Assembly: GCF_009914755.1 (NCBI RefSeq)
Contig: NC_060935.1
Origin: the human T2T-CHM13v2.0 reference genome, Homo sapiens
Length of the DNA: 64,000 bases
Strand: one strand, 5' to 3'
The position numbers and the translations under genes are program-made. Numbering within the stretch: the first letter of the stretch is position 1; each line of letters starts with the position of its first letter. This document shows positions 25,082 through 38,203 of this stretch, one piece after another. Below the pieces are notes generated by a model. The model did no database searches and was not told where the DNA came from. It worked only from the letters and a program-made list of their open reading frames with translations.

Positions 25082-25627
25082 TGTTACCAAATAGGGGTCC
25101 TGACCCAGACCCCAGAGAGGGTTCTTGGATCTTGCTCACGAAAGAATTCAGGGCGAGTCCATATAGTGAAATGAAAGCAAGTTTATTAAGAAAGTAGAGG
25201 AATGAAAAAATGGCTACTCCATAGGCAGAGCAGCCCCAAGGGCTGCTGGTTGCCTATTTTTATGGTTATCTCTTGATCATATGCTAAGCAAGGGGTGGAT
25301 TATTCATGCCTCCCCTTTTTAGACCATATAGAGTAACTTCCTGGCATTCCCATGGTATTTGTAAACTGTCATGGTGCTGGTGGGACTGTAATGGTGAGGA
25401 CCACCAGAGGTCATTCTCATCGCCATCCTATTTTAGTGGGATTTGGCCAGCTTCTTTACTGCAAACGTGCTTTATCAGCAAGGTCTTTATGACCTGTATC
25501 TTGTGCCGACCTCTTATCTCATCCTAAGAATGCCTAACCTTCTGGGAAGGCAGCCCAGTAGGTCTCAGTCTTATTTTACCCAGCCTGTATTCAAAATGGA
25601 GTGGCTTTGGTTCAGACGCCTGTGACA
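25082..25627 (-). mobile_element. MER41 solo LTR (MER41A-like)
   Basis: Minus strand tgtcacaggcgtctgaacc...aaaaggggaggcatgaataatcc...tggtaaca. Confidence 0.85.
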
Positions 25628-25756
25628 AAACAAATGTTTCTGAAATATTCAGTGTAGATTTGGATGCTTCTCTTTTGAGTAGCTTCCTGCTCCTAACCCT
25701 GACCATTATTCTCAGTTCATCTCAGCAATACTTTTCTGAAACAAATTGTTTTTCAA

Positions 25757-25890
25757 TCTCTCTCTCTTTCTCTCTCTACCTCCCTCCTTCTGTCTCTCTC
25801 TACCTCCCTCCCTCCCTCTCCCCCTTCCAACTCTCTCCCTCCCTCGTCTCTCTCTCTCTTTCTCTATCTCTCCTTCTCTTTCTTTTTCTT
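25757..25890. repeat. CT-rich polypyrimidine low-complexity tract
   Basis: Direct reading. Confidence 0.85.
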
Positions 25891-27821
25891 GTTTCGACAG
25901 ATTCTCATTTATAACTCTTTTGAAATGATGAGTTGTAAAAGTACATTAGACTGGACCAGAGGAAAGTTTCTAAACCTAACTTTATTATCGTACTTCTCTG
26001 TGACTTTTTTTCCCCTTCACCTATAAAATTAGAAGGTTAGATTCAGATGTTCAATAGGTAGTTCTGACCATACAGTGGTCAAAATTTTCAAATTGCAGTG
26101 CTATGTTATAATTTCAATACAATGCTATGTTTAATCATATTCCACTTCACCCTAATGCAACTATAACAAAGATATATCAGCTTGATTGTAACTAACATGC
26201 CAAAGGTTTTGATGTCTTAGGTTGGAAAATGCTTATTTGTTAATTAGAGAATGAGAGTGGGAAAAAGGCATAAAGGTTTTGTAAAGCGGATTATTTTTTC
26301 CTTCAGTTTTCATTTGTGACCTGATCTGTATAAAATACAGTGTCATGCTGAAAACCCTATGTAATTAAAGCCATGGGAAATAGAGAATTTTAAAATCCAT
26401 GACTCATTCACCTGCTGCAGTCTGGCCCACACCTTTACTAAGTGAGATGTCAGCTTCCTAACTGAACCACATGTGTATGTGAAGTCTAGTAAAATAGGTT
26501 GTGAGTCAGTTTTTATTATGATATCCATTTTTAGTTACTGGTAGCCATTAAGAGAGTTTCTCAGGCATTCAGAAAAGTCCATCCCTTAGTGAAAAGGTTT
26601 GGTCTCTGAGAGAAGGACCTAGTCATTTGAGACTCAATTTATTTCAGGAGTAGAGATCCATTGATCAATGATCACTGTAAAGCATAATAGCCCTAAAATA
26701 CATACACTAAAAATAAAAAGGAATTATATAAACACAAATCACAGTTCTCAATCTGATACAGAATTTACAGGGACATTAATAACATTTAATACACTTTCCC
26801 ATTTTCTCCAGCACCAAGGAGAGCACCTGCAGAGAGTATATGAGGGCTTATGACACTTAGTCACTTGATGTGTGAGCAGATACATGTCATACAGGCCTTA
26901 TTTTGCACTGATGTCCTTAGTAGTGTTACAAAAGCTGCGTAAGGTATCAAGCTTCTTTCGGTTTCTAAGGGGCTAATTAAAAATTAATCTGCTACCCCCT
27001 CCTGTAGGCTTTGTCTTTCACAGTTTCCTTTCTTAGGTTTTCCCAGTTTGACTTCCCTTCTGGCAGACTTTTATAGTGAACAGAGCACCAGACTGAGAAC
27101 AAGAAGATTGGAGTCTTTCCCTCTTCTACAGGTTTGCAACCGTGTCCATTTCCTTATCTGTAAAAGGAAGGGGTTCATTTAGATGACAACTGTTTTCTCT
27201 TCCAGTTCTAAAATCCTCCATTGGCTTTTCTTCTGCCTTTCTCCTTTTGTCTACGGTTTACTTCTTCCCTGCTCCCTATCTCAGCTACACTCATAATATG
27301 CATAGTTGTTTTAAAATAATCATAAAATAAACATGGTTGTGAGGAAACATCAATAAATACAGTTGCTGGTAAAATTTGGAGTTTAGAAGTTCTCATTTTG
27401 ATAATTTCTCACTTTGTTAGCCTTTCTTATGCCCTAAGCATAAATATAGCTAGCAGTTGTATTTTCTTTGGTTTGCAGTTGTTATAAAATAAAACAATAA
27501 TATATTTGCACCCATGATAGTAAAAGTTTAAAAGCTTGATATAATCCAGTATTGGCAAGGGTGTAGGAAAATGCTTACTTTCATATGTTGTTGTAGGAAT
27601 GTAATCAATACATCTTTCTCAGAAGGCACCTTGGCAGTATGAACCAATATTTTTAGAGTATATGCCAATTTACTAAGTGGCTCTAAACATCTTTAAAAAA
27701 CTCATATGCGTATATTAAGAGATATAGCCAAGGATGTTTATTGCTGTGTTGTTTATAAAAGCAAAAATTTGGAAATATCCTGTACTTCCATTAAGAGAGG
27801 AATGGTTAACTAGGAGACATG

Positions 27822-27827
27822 CACACA

Positions 27828-27864
<37 letters not shown>
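27822..27864. repeat. (CA)n microsatellite
   Basis: Direct reading. Confidence 0.9.
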
Positions 27865-27867
<3 letters not shown>

Positions 27868-28021
27868 CCATCTCCATATCATACAGATAGTAAAAATAGT
27901 AGAATGAAGTTGATCTGTATGCACAAATATATCTTAAGTAGAAAAGTAAGACAACCATATTTTCCCTATGATTCATTTATATAAAAACTACTTAATTATC
28001 TATATACATATATGTACATAA

Positions 28022-28467
<446 letters not shown>

Positions 28468-28682
28468 TAAGAAATTACTCCCTGAAGAATGAAAAAGGCA
28501 AAAAGATTAGCAGGAAATTCATCAATGATATTAGGGGAACATTGTTTTTAGGATATTCCCAAAACTTTAGGATTGGATAGGATCCATGGTGTGTATTTTG
28601 GCCAGGGCTGTATAGTAATAACTCTGCCCTTTTGTTTCTTTGTATGTTCAACTTATTCTTCTTATTTGTCTCTGTTCTAAAG

Positions 28683-28922
28683 GTAACTCGGGACCAAATG
28701 AAGATGTTTATACAGCAGGAATTTAAGAAAGTTCAGAAAGTGATTGCTGATGAGGAGCAGAAGGCCCTTCATCTAGTGGACATCCAAGAGGCAATGGCCA
28801 CAGCTCATGTGACTGAGATACTGGCAGACATCCAATCCCACATGGATAGGTTGATGACTCAGATGGCCCAAGCCAAGGAACAACTTGATACCTCTAATGA
28901 ATCAGCTGAGCCAAAGGCAGAG
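28683..28922 (+). CDS. TRIM44: TRIM44 internal coding exon (coiled-coil region; probably exon 3), 240 nt, phase 0/0
   Basis: Polypyrimidine tract with AG at 28681-28682 and donor GAG|gtaaag. Encodes VTRDQMKMFIQQEFKKVQKVIADEEQKALHLVDIQEAM...SNESAEPKAE, matching the recalled TRIM44 C-terminal region. Confidence 0.95.
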
Positions 28923-29635
28923 GTAAAGGAAAAGCCCATAATTATTAGTAGCAAGAGAAATAGGAGGAAACTGATGCCATATTTGTTAGACCCCATGTGG
29001 TCCCTGAACGTGAATGAATTGAAGTCTAGGTAGAGTATAAGTGTTTCACATGGTGTATAAACCAGTATGGAAGTATTGGCCACTAGTTTACTCAGTGGCT
29101 GGGCCTACCAAATTATTTATCCATCATTACTTTAAGGAGTATAGTCAGTGGGGGCAGATACTAATCACAATTAAGAAAGGAAGCCAAAAATTACAGCCAG
29201 AGAAGAGGGCAAGCGACAGACCCCAAGTTGTGAAATGAGCCTTTAAAGTCATCATAGACCTGGGCTGAATGAGAACAAATCATGAAGTAGAGCATAAAGC
29301 AGGCCAGAATGAAAGATTTTGGACTTACTTTGTACATAGTGAAAAGGTGTCTCAAGCTGGTTGTTATATGGAGCCAGCTGCATAAATTGGAGGCATAACT
29401 GCTGGATTAAGAATGGCATGTGCACTAGGGCATTGTAAGATTAAAAAAAAAAAAAACTATGAATGAAAGACACAAGGTAAATGTTGAATCACTATACAAA
29501 TGTTAGTTGTCATATTCATTGTTATTTTTAACGGGAATAAAAGGGTCTTAGGCATTTTACCAAACAACATATTTAGGCATTTTGAATCTACTTTGAAAAA
29601 ATTATTTAAGGTAGCCATTAAAAAAAAAAAGTACA

Positions 29636-29939
<304 letters not shown>

Positions 29940-30801
29940 TTATATTTCAGCCACTAGAGAGAGGCTACTATTAATCAGATTTCATAATTTGACAATTCTA
30001 GTGAAGGTAATGCCAGATAGGTTTAGGGTAGGTCCTTCTAGAAAAAAAACATAGGAGAGTCCTGTGGACTTTCTAGGACTGTTGCTGACTCAGCAAGTCC
30101 ATCCTTAACTGGACGTCCTGCCTTGGCTTGAGAGAGCCTGGCCACAGAATAAACTGGCCAGTAGAAGAGCCAAAGTAATCCAGGAGGCAGGTATTTCCAA
30201 GCTATCCTGACAGGAAATGTAAGAAACCATTGAAAGGTATCTGCTATACCCATCCAGGGCTTTTGATTAATTTTCATCAATGTGTGAAAAGAATAACTCT
30301 TCTTCTTTTCATTTTATTCTCCCCATAATTGAGAAATTATGTGCCTACATAAGTTTCTAGATAGGCAAGAGAGCACTTTATATTCATCATTTCATTTAAT
30401 CCTTACGTCAGCATTAACTCCATTTTACAAATGGGATATTTGAGATACAGAGAACTGCAGAGATACTGACCCAATATCATTTAGTCAGTAGAAAATAGAG
30501 CCAGGGTTTAGATTTAAGTCTGTGCTATTTCAGTGCCTGTGCTTTCCCCCTACTATAAGACATATGCTAAGCATCCCATCTGTATCTGTGGGAAAATGAG
30601 AAGAATCCATGTTCTAGACAGCTTTGCATACCTTTACAATGTCAAGATGGTCAGTTTGTGTCTTAATAAACAAAAGGTTCAACCAGAGTTAATTCAAGGG
30701 ATCGACAGCATAATTCTGTCCACAGTTCCTATCAAGTTCGACCCCTTCATTTATTCCCTATGTTGATTAGGTTGTTCTTTGAAAAATAAAAATTTAATTT
30801 T

Positions 30802-31093
30802 GGCTAGGCGTGGTGGCTCACGCCTGTAATCCCAGCACTTTGGCAGGCCGAGGTGGGAGGATCACCTGAGGTCAGGAGTTTAAGCCTGCCCTGGCCAACA
30901 TGGCAAAACCCTGTCTGTACTAAAAATAGAAAAATTAGCTGGGTATGGTGGCGAGCACCTGCAGTCCCAGCTACTTGGGAGGCTGAGGCAGAAGAATCGC
31001 TTGAACCCAGGAGGTGGAGGTTGCAGTGAGCCAAGATTGCAGCCACTGCACCCCAGCCTGGGAGACAGAGTGAAACTCCATCTCAAAAAAAAA
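30802..31093 (+). mobile_element. AluS
   Basis: Full dimer with TSD aaa(a/g)tttaatttt. Confidence 0.9.
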
Positions 31094-31679
31094 AGTTTAA
31101 TTTTGGGGTTTATTCTTCTCTTTTATTTTAATCTATGAATTTAGTCCTTCTCTGACATTAGCTGTCCTTTAAGCACCTCAGCTGTACTATGCTTGTTAAC
31201 TCTGATGGAATTACTCTTAAAGGGATGCAAGAGCTGACAAGGCTTAAGGACCAGGCTACAGACAAAATGAGCTATTAAAAACAGAGATAGCGTTCAGCCA
31301 CTAGAGTGTTTACAAAGAGCTGTTATTATTTAATAGCCTCTTGTTCCAGTTAATCTGGTAACTTATTGGTGAGAGCAAATATCTAGTACCTGTCTTTCAG
31401 TCATCAGAGGAATTATGTTCTTTTTGTGGTATAGAATTTATCAAAAATCACCTGCATTTTGAATTCAGCCATAAGACCTTCCCTCCAACATTTTATTATA
31501 AAATTTTTTAAACATACACCACAGTTGAAAGGATTTTACAGATTATGCCTATGTACCTACCACCTAGATTCTCCTATTAACATTTTGCCGTACTTGCTTC
31601 ATTACATATCTAGCCATCTTTTCAACCTTCCACTCACTGATCTATTTTATTTTTGGCATATTTAAAGCAAATTGCAGCT

Positions 31680-33405
31680 TCTGGTTCTGAGCAAGATGGA
31701 GTAAACACATTCTATTTTACTCCTTTCACTTATTACAGTAGAAATCTCTGGGCAAAAATGCTGAAATCATCTACCAAAAGACTCTTGCAGGTGGAAAAAA
31801 GATGGCATACTGATCAGGGACCTTGGGATTTGAGAGGATACAAGGCAGTGAATTCCCTGGGGTTTTCTTTACTTCCTATGTATGCTAGCCTGGGTGTTCT
31901 ACAAACTGGAAACACTAATACACACAGACAAAAAAAAAATACCCAAGAAAAGCCTGCTTCTGGAAGCAAACATCATGAAAAAAGTGGCACTGCTCCTCAA
32001 CCCCAATTGGCACGCAGCAGTGGAGCCAGTGAGTGAAACTCACTCATTTTATATATGCCCTATGTTAATGAGGTATCTTTCTCTATGGAGCCTGTGGGTG
32101 AAACTCTTACTTCTACCTTTGGCCCTGCTCCTCCCAGTAATGAGTGGAACCCATCTCCTATGCATCCGTAGGTGGAACTCTGACTTCTGCCGTACCCTGC
32201 AGTAATAGTACGGAGGAAGTAGTACCTCTTCGTTTTGGAGACTGTAGATAGAGCTCTAACTCCTCCCTCTCACCCCTGCATTAACTAGGCTATGCACTTC
32301 CCCAGCTGAGTCAGTTATTGGAATTTTATCATTCACTCCTGCCCTGTAGTAATGATTTGGTTTCCCTCCTCCTCCCCAACTAGCTCTGTGGAGAATGTAG
32401 AATGGAGTCCTGTCATTTGAGTGGGGCAGACAAGAATAGCACTGTAGAGGCTTTATAAACTTAAGGTGACATATGAACCATAGTTCACAAAAAGGATCCA
32501 GGACATGCATTCTGAATCTAAACAGGTTGACTGCTAAAATAGAAGATTTAAATAGGAACTAGGTTTTTATAATATAACTCATCATGTCCAGGATACAGAC
32601 CAAAGAACCAATAAAAATCTCAATTCTGTAAGCCCGAGGCAAGAGGATCGTTTGAACCCAGGAGGTTGAGGCTGCAGTGATCTGTGTTCACAGCACTATA
32701 CCCCAGTATGGGTGACAGTGCAAGACCCTGTCTCAAAAATAAAATGAAATGAAAATCTCAATTCTAAGGAGAAAAGAGAATTGATATATGCTAACTCTAA
32801 GATGGCATAGATGTAGGAATTAAAAGACAAAGATTTTAACCTGCTGTTATAAGAATGTTTCAGTGAGCAATTACAAGCACTCTGGAAATAAATGAAAACC
32901 TCAATAAAGAAATAAAGATATTAAAAAGTACCAAATGAAAATTTTAGAACTGAAAAATACAGTAACTGACACCAAAAATTCACTGGATGGGCTTAATGGC
33001 AAACCGAAAGAAAGATTTGGTGAATTTGAAGATAGATTGATACTGATCCAATCTAAACAGCAGCAAAAAAACATGGAAAAATAATTGAACTGAGCTTCAG
33101 GGACTTATAGGACAATAATGAAAGATACATGTCACCAGTGTCAAGAGGGGAAAAAGGAAAGTAGAGCTGAAAAAATAGTTTGAAGTAATAGTGTCTTAAA
33201 ATATCTAAAATTTGGCTGAAAGACATAAACCTACAGATTTAAGAAGCAGAGTGAACCTAAGCAAGATAAACTAAGAAATCCATAGCCAGACACATCAGAG
33301 TCAAACTTCTGAAAACTAATGACAAAGAAAAAAAATCTTGAAAGCAGAGTAGCTAAAGAGAAATGACACATTAGCTCTGCAGAACAGCAGTATGAATGAA
33401 CATAT
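31680..33405 (+). mobile_element. Old L1M 5'UTR/ORF1 remnant
   Basis: caagatgg start and ORF1-like sequence (ataaacctacagattt...agacacatcagagtcaaacttctgaaaact). Confidence 0.55.
32628..32750 (+). mobile_element. Alu monomer/FLAM fragment
   Basis: Alu 3' end plus A-rich tail, with TSD aaaatctcaattct. Confidence 0.8.
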
Positions 33406-33409
33406 GTCT

Positions 33410-34370
33410 CCATTTATAAGTCTGTTTTTACATGCTCTCAGAAATGGTTCATGGTTTTCATTTAAAGGTATTAATGGCTTTTATTAAATTTATTCCTAGT
33501 TATTTAATATTTTCAGTACTATTGAAAATAGAATTGTTTTTAAATTTCATTTTTCAGCTTATGTTAGTATATAAAAATATAATTGGTTTTTATATATTAG
33601 CCTTATATCTTTTTTTTTTTTTTTTTTGAGACGGAGGTTTGCTGTCGCCCAGGCTGGAGTGCAGTGGCGTGATCTCGGCTCACTGCAGATATTAGCCTTA
33701 TATCTTGTAACCTTGTCACATTCACCTATTAGTTATAATAGTGGCTTTATAGATTCTTTAGGATTTTCTATATCAGCAATTATGCCATCTACAAATAGAG
33801 ACAGTTTTACTTTCTTTGTTTCTAATCTTTATGCTTTTTATTTCTTTGTCTTGTCTTACTGCAGTGGCTACAACCTCCAGTGCAATGTCTAACATAAATG
33901 GTAAAAGTGGACATCCTTGCCTTGTTCATAATCTTAGAAGGAAGGGATTCAGTATATTACTATTAAGTATGATGTTTTTTGTAGATGCCTTTTATCAGAT
34001 TCAGGAAGTGCCTTTCTATTCCTAATGTGCTGAGGGCTTTTATACAAACTGATGTTGACTTTTGTGAGATATATCTTCTGTATCTCTTGAAATGATCATA
34101 CGCATTTTTTTCATTATTCTGTTGTAATGGTTAATCATGTTGGTTAATTTTACAATATTAAACTAACCTTGCATTTCTGAGATAAAGTCCCATTTGGCCA
34201 TGATGTATAATCTGGGTTCAGTTTGCTTATATTTTGTTCAGGAGTTTTGTGTCTTTGTTCATAAGGCATATTGGTTTATATATTTTTATAATGCCATTGT
34301 CAGGTTTGGGTATTAGGATTATGTTGGCTTCATAAAACAAACTGAAAAGTATTCCCTTCTCCTTTATTTT
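33410..34370 (-). mobile_element. Old L1M ORF2 remnant
   Basis: gtaaaagtggacatccttgccttgttc etc., antisense to the L1 RT region. Confidence 0.65.
33612..33688 (-). mobile_element. Severely 5'-truncated Alu (~60 bp plus A tail)
   Basis: Perfect 18-bp TSD atattagccttatatctt at 33594-33611 and 33689-33706. Confidence 0.9.
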
Positions 34371-37300
34371 TTTTTCTCACTGTTTTTTGCAGAATTTACT
34401 TACATCATTTTATAAAACTCTTTATAAAGCTAAGTATTAAAAATTGGTGTGTCTTTATTTATATGTCATGAGCATTTTTGTCTTTTGTCCAGTTTGGTAA
34501 GGAGAATACTGAGTTGCAATGAGCTAATATTGGAAAAAGTATGTTCAGATGGGTAAACCATTAAAAATGATACATGCATATGATAACCATTTATTTTAAA
34601 CTTGAAACATATTTGTACTTTTTTTTTTATTCTGAGGCAAGGACTTTGAAAATATGGGTTTGCTAATTAGAGTTAAATGTCATGTTTCTGGCTAAACCAT
34701 ACCCATTTTGCGCCATTTATAAGGTCCAATTTCAGACTGTCTATAGTGAGGGTGATACCATTCAAAGCAAGCTGAATGCAGAATCTTAGTTCTTATAACT
34801 TACTGTTTCTAGTATTTTGCTTGTGTTTCACCTACACCAAAATTGACAACAATTTTTAAGTAATTCATCTTTATTAAATTCTGTGGATGCATTCAACTTA
34901 GTTCTTATGTGAGCAAGTTATCTCTCTTGCATTCACTTTTTGTTATTTAATTAAATGTGTCATCATTACAAGTTCATATAAACAGCCTTGTTTGATTCTT
35001 GGTGAACAACATTTCCACTGGTGGAGGTAGAAATGGGAGGTTGCACAAGAGTGCAGTCTGCCATCAGATATCACAAAGAGCATTTGTGATAATTAGGGAT
35101 TTGGGAGCAGTGCTTAATCTAACAAGTCATTTAAATGGAAGTTGGTATTTAATAGACTCTCACTTCTGATATTCTCTGAAACCAGAATTTGCTTATAATA
35201 GGAGTAGAAATTAATCTTAAAGCTTACCTATATCTTGAATAATTATTTACTATGAGCCTTGTGCTGTGTTAGGTGCGGTGAATACAGAAATGAGCAAAAC
35301 ACAAGTTCTATTCTCAAGGAGTTGAAATCCAAAGAGGGAGGCACTGTTTGATGTTGTCATTGTCAGTTTTCTTCTCTAAGTACTAGTGTAGAGTGGCAAA
35401 CCCTACAAATGTGGGAGAAAGGAGGAGGATTAACTTATTCAAGATGTTAGTGAAGAAGTTTCGAGTAAGGCTTGATCTTAAAGGATAGATAGGAATTAGC
35501 TAGGTTTTTAGAATAGGGATGTGCATTTCAGGTAGCAGGAACATCACATGCATATCTTTTACTAGCAAGGTTAGCAATCCTCTCCGTGCCAACCTATTCA
35601 AAACGGCTTTATAATTCATATGTGTGTGTATATTCTTGCTTTGTAACAGTGACCATTGTTTCTGAAAAGAAGCATACATCTATAAGCAGTAGAATTGGAT
35701 GAACATATAGCAAAACTTTGTGTCCCATCTTTTCTGTCCTTCCCCGCTCTCCCCTAGAAATGTTATTAATTAACAATTCAAGGAAAGTAAAATAATGGCT
35801 ACTATTTGTTGAACGATTACAAGGTACTAGACACTTGCTTAGTGTTTTACACAGATTTTCTCATTTATTTTAATCCATATGGTGACCCTTTGAGGTAAGA
35901 ACTAGGATCTTTATGTGCAGATGGAGAAACTGAACCTTGGAGAAGAAAATTGCCAAAAGCTTCACTTTTGGGATTAATGAACCAGAATTTGAGACCATGT
36001 TTTTATATTATAACTGAGAAACCCTGTCTCTTAATCATTACACCAAGGTATGTGATTTTGAGGAGGACTTGCTCTAAATTATGGGAGAAAGTTTAGATAT
36101 TTTTTCCATAAAGTTATCTTAGACAATTAGGCTTAAACATCCAAAAATAATTGAAAAATTTGTGTTGAGATATAATTATGTCATTCATAGTTATGTAACT
36201 CATGTTAAATTTAAATTATATAACTTTTTATTGGTATATTATAGATCCCATGAGACATATCAGATGATAAAAATGCGAAGAAATTTTCCACCATCCCTAT
36301 ACCCTCCCTCTACCACTCGCCCTACTTCCCTCTAGTTGGAGTGTGGATGATTAACGCCCTTCCCACTATTGCAGATCTTTAACAGTCTGCCAAAAATGCC
36401 CTTCTTATTCGACCTCAAATGGCTAGTTTGATTTAAATCACCTTTCTGGCTGCAGCTGTACTTTACAGGCTTGCACCCTGGCAGTCTCCCTTTACCTCAG
36501 TCACGCTCAACCCCACATTGCCCTCAGTTCCAACCTTATACCACCCCCAGCGCCCTGCCCAAAACACACATGTGCACATCCCCATTCTGTAGTTTCACAG
36601 AACTCAAGGTCCCTTGAACAACACATTTTTAGAAATTTGCCTTTGCTCTTGCTAGTTCAGTGTTCTTCCCACTTTTCTCTGTTGTCAGCCTGGGAAAATA
36701 CTATTTATCCCTCAAAGTGGCAATATCAATGTTACCTTCTGTGTGTGAAGCTTTTCCCACCTTCTCCAGGAGAGGCAGTGTTCATAACTTCCCTGTTGAT
36801 TCTCATATTATTCTGTTTATGTCTTTGATATTGATCATAACACATTTAGTAATAGTTCATTTTCTTTCTGCCTGTTTCTCATGCTCCTGATTCGAAAATC
36901 CTAGAAGGTTAGATCATTATGAGTGATTGTTTTTCCTTAGTTAGCATATATATATATAGTAGCTTCTTAATGAATCCTACTGAATTGTTACTGATACTGA
37001 TATATAGCCTTTATTAAATACATCCTGTGTCACAGGCACTGTGTTTGATGATTATAAGCATTATTTCATTTAATCCTCATACTCATCCTATGATACAGAG
37101 ACAATTATTACCCCATTTTACAAATTAGGAAATTGAAGTTAAGAAAGGCAAAATAACATGAGTAAGCTATTAGAGCAGTAGAGTGATAGGGTTAAGACTT
37201 GAACCCAGAACATCGGACTTGAGAGCTCATTCTGCCTTATACCAGTAGGAACCATTCATTCATTCATTCATTCTCCGAGGAGTACAACCAGAATGTACAT

Positions 37301-38183
37301 TCTCTATTGAGACTACCCTTCAATGGCTAAAAAGAAGGATATAAAAGATACGCTGACACCAAAAGGATGAATGAGGTCCCTTGGGAAAGGCTTGAGAGTT
37401 ATTTGAAAAATCTAATTTGATCACAGAAGGAAGCTCAAAGGAATCTGCTGTGATCACTTCTGATAAAGTTAGGTTGAGAGAATGCCATACCTGGAAAAAT
37501 AATGTTAACACATTGTTTTTGAAAAGTGGGCAAGAAAAAGAGAAGAGCCATTGTTTGATGGAAGAATGATGTGGATCATCAAATGCCAGAACTAACCACT
37601 TACGGAGGAGAAGACCAAAGTCCAGATTAATTAATGTTTGCCCAAGGACACATAACTAATAAGTAACAGAGCTTGGACTAGAATCCCAATTTCTTGAGTC
37701 CCAGTTCAGTGCCCTTTATACCACAGTGTTCTTTATATTAGAATTGCAGTGTTCATGTTTGATGAAAAATGCTAGAACAAGGCAGAAATGAGTCTTTGAA
37801 GGAAACAGTTTGATGTTTTTGGAACTGGCTAGCTTTTGTCTAAGACGTGCCTCTATTTTGGGTTTCTCACTTTGCTAAGAACTAAATACTGCCAGCCATA
37901 CAAATAAAAAGGCAAGGCAATTATTTAGGCCTCCTAGGTCTGTGCATTCACTTCTCTGCTCTGCTTGTCAGGGCAAATTATCAGGTCATCTCCACTGGGC
38001 AGTTTGAACATAGGATTATATTAGCTCTTGTCTTAGCCTTTAGATGTCTGTTGGTTTGTCTCTGTTACAATAAATGTATAGTCCATGCATTCAGGTTGGG
38101 AGAGGGGAGGGAAAAGAAAGAAATCTGACTCTGTCTGTACCAACAGTGATTTCTAATACTGTTTCTTTCTGTTTGTCTTTCAG

Positions 38184-38203
38184 GGCGATGAGGAAGGACC
38201 CAG
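38184..38203 (+). CDS. TRIM44: TRIM44 20-nt coding microexon (probably exon 4), encoding GDEEGP plus a split Ser codon
   Basis: ctaat branch-like motif at 38153, pyrimidine tract, cag|GGCGATGAGGAAGGACCCAG|gtaag. Continues ...PKAE-GDEEGPS of the recalled TRIM44 protein. Confidence 0.92.

Noticed and set aside
28632-29033. 133-aa ORF as a stand-alone gene
   Set aside because: Only 28683-28922 is the TRIM44 exon. The flanks are the polypyrimidine tract and intron read-through.
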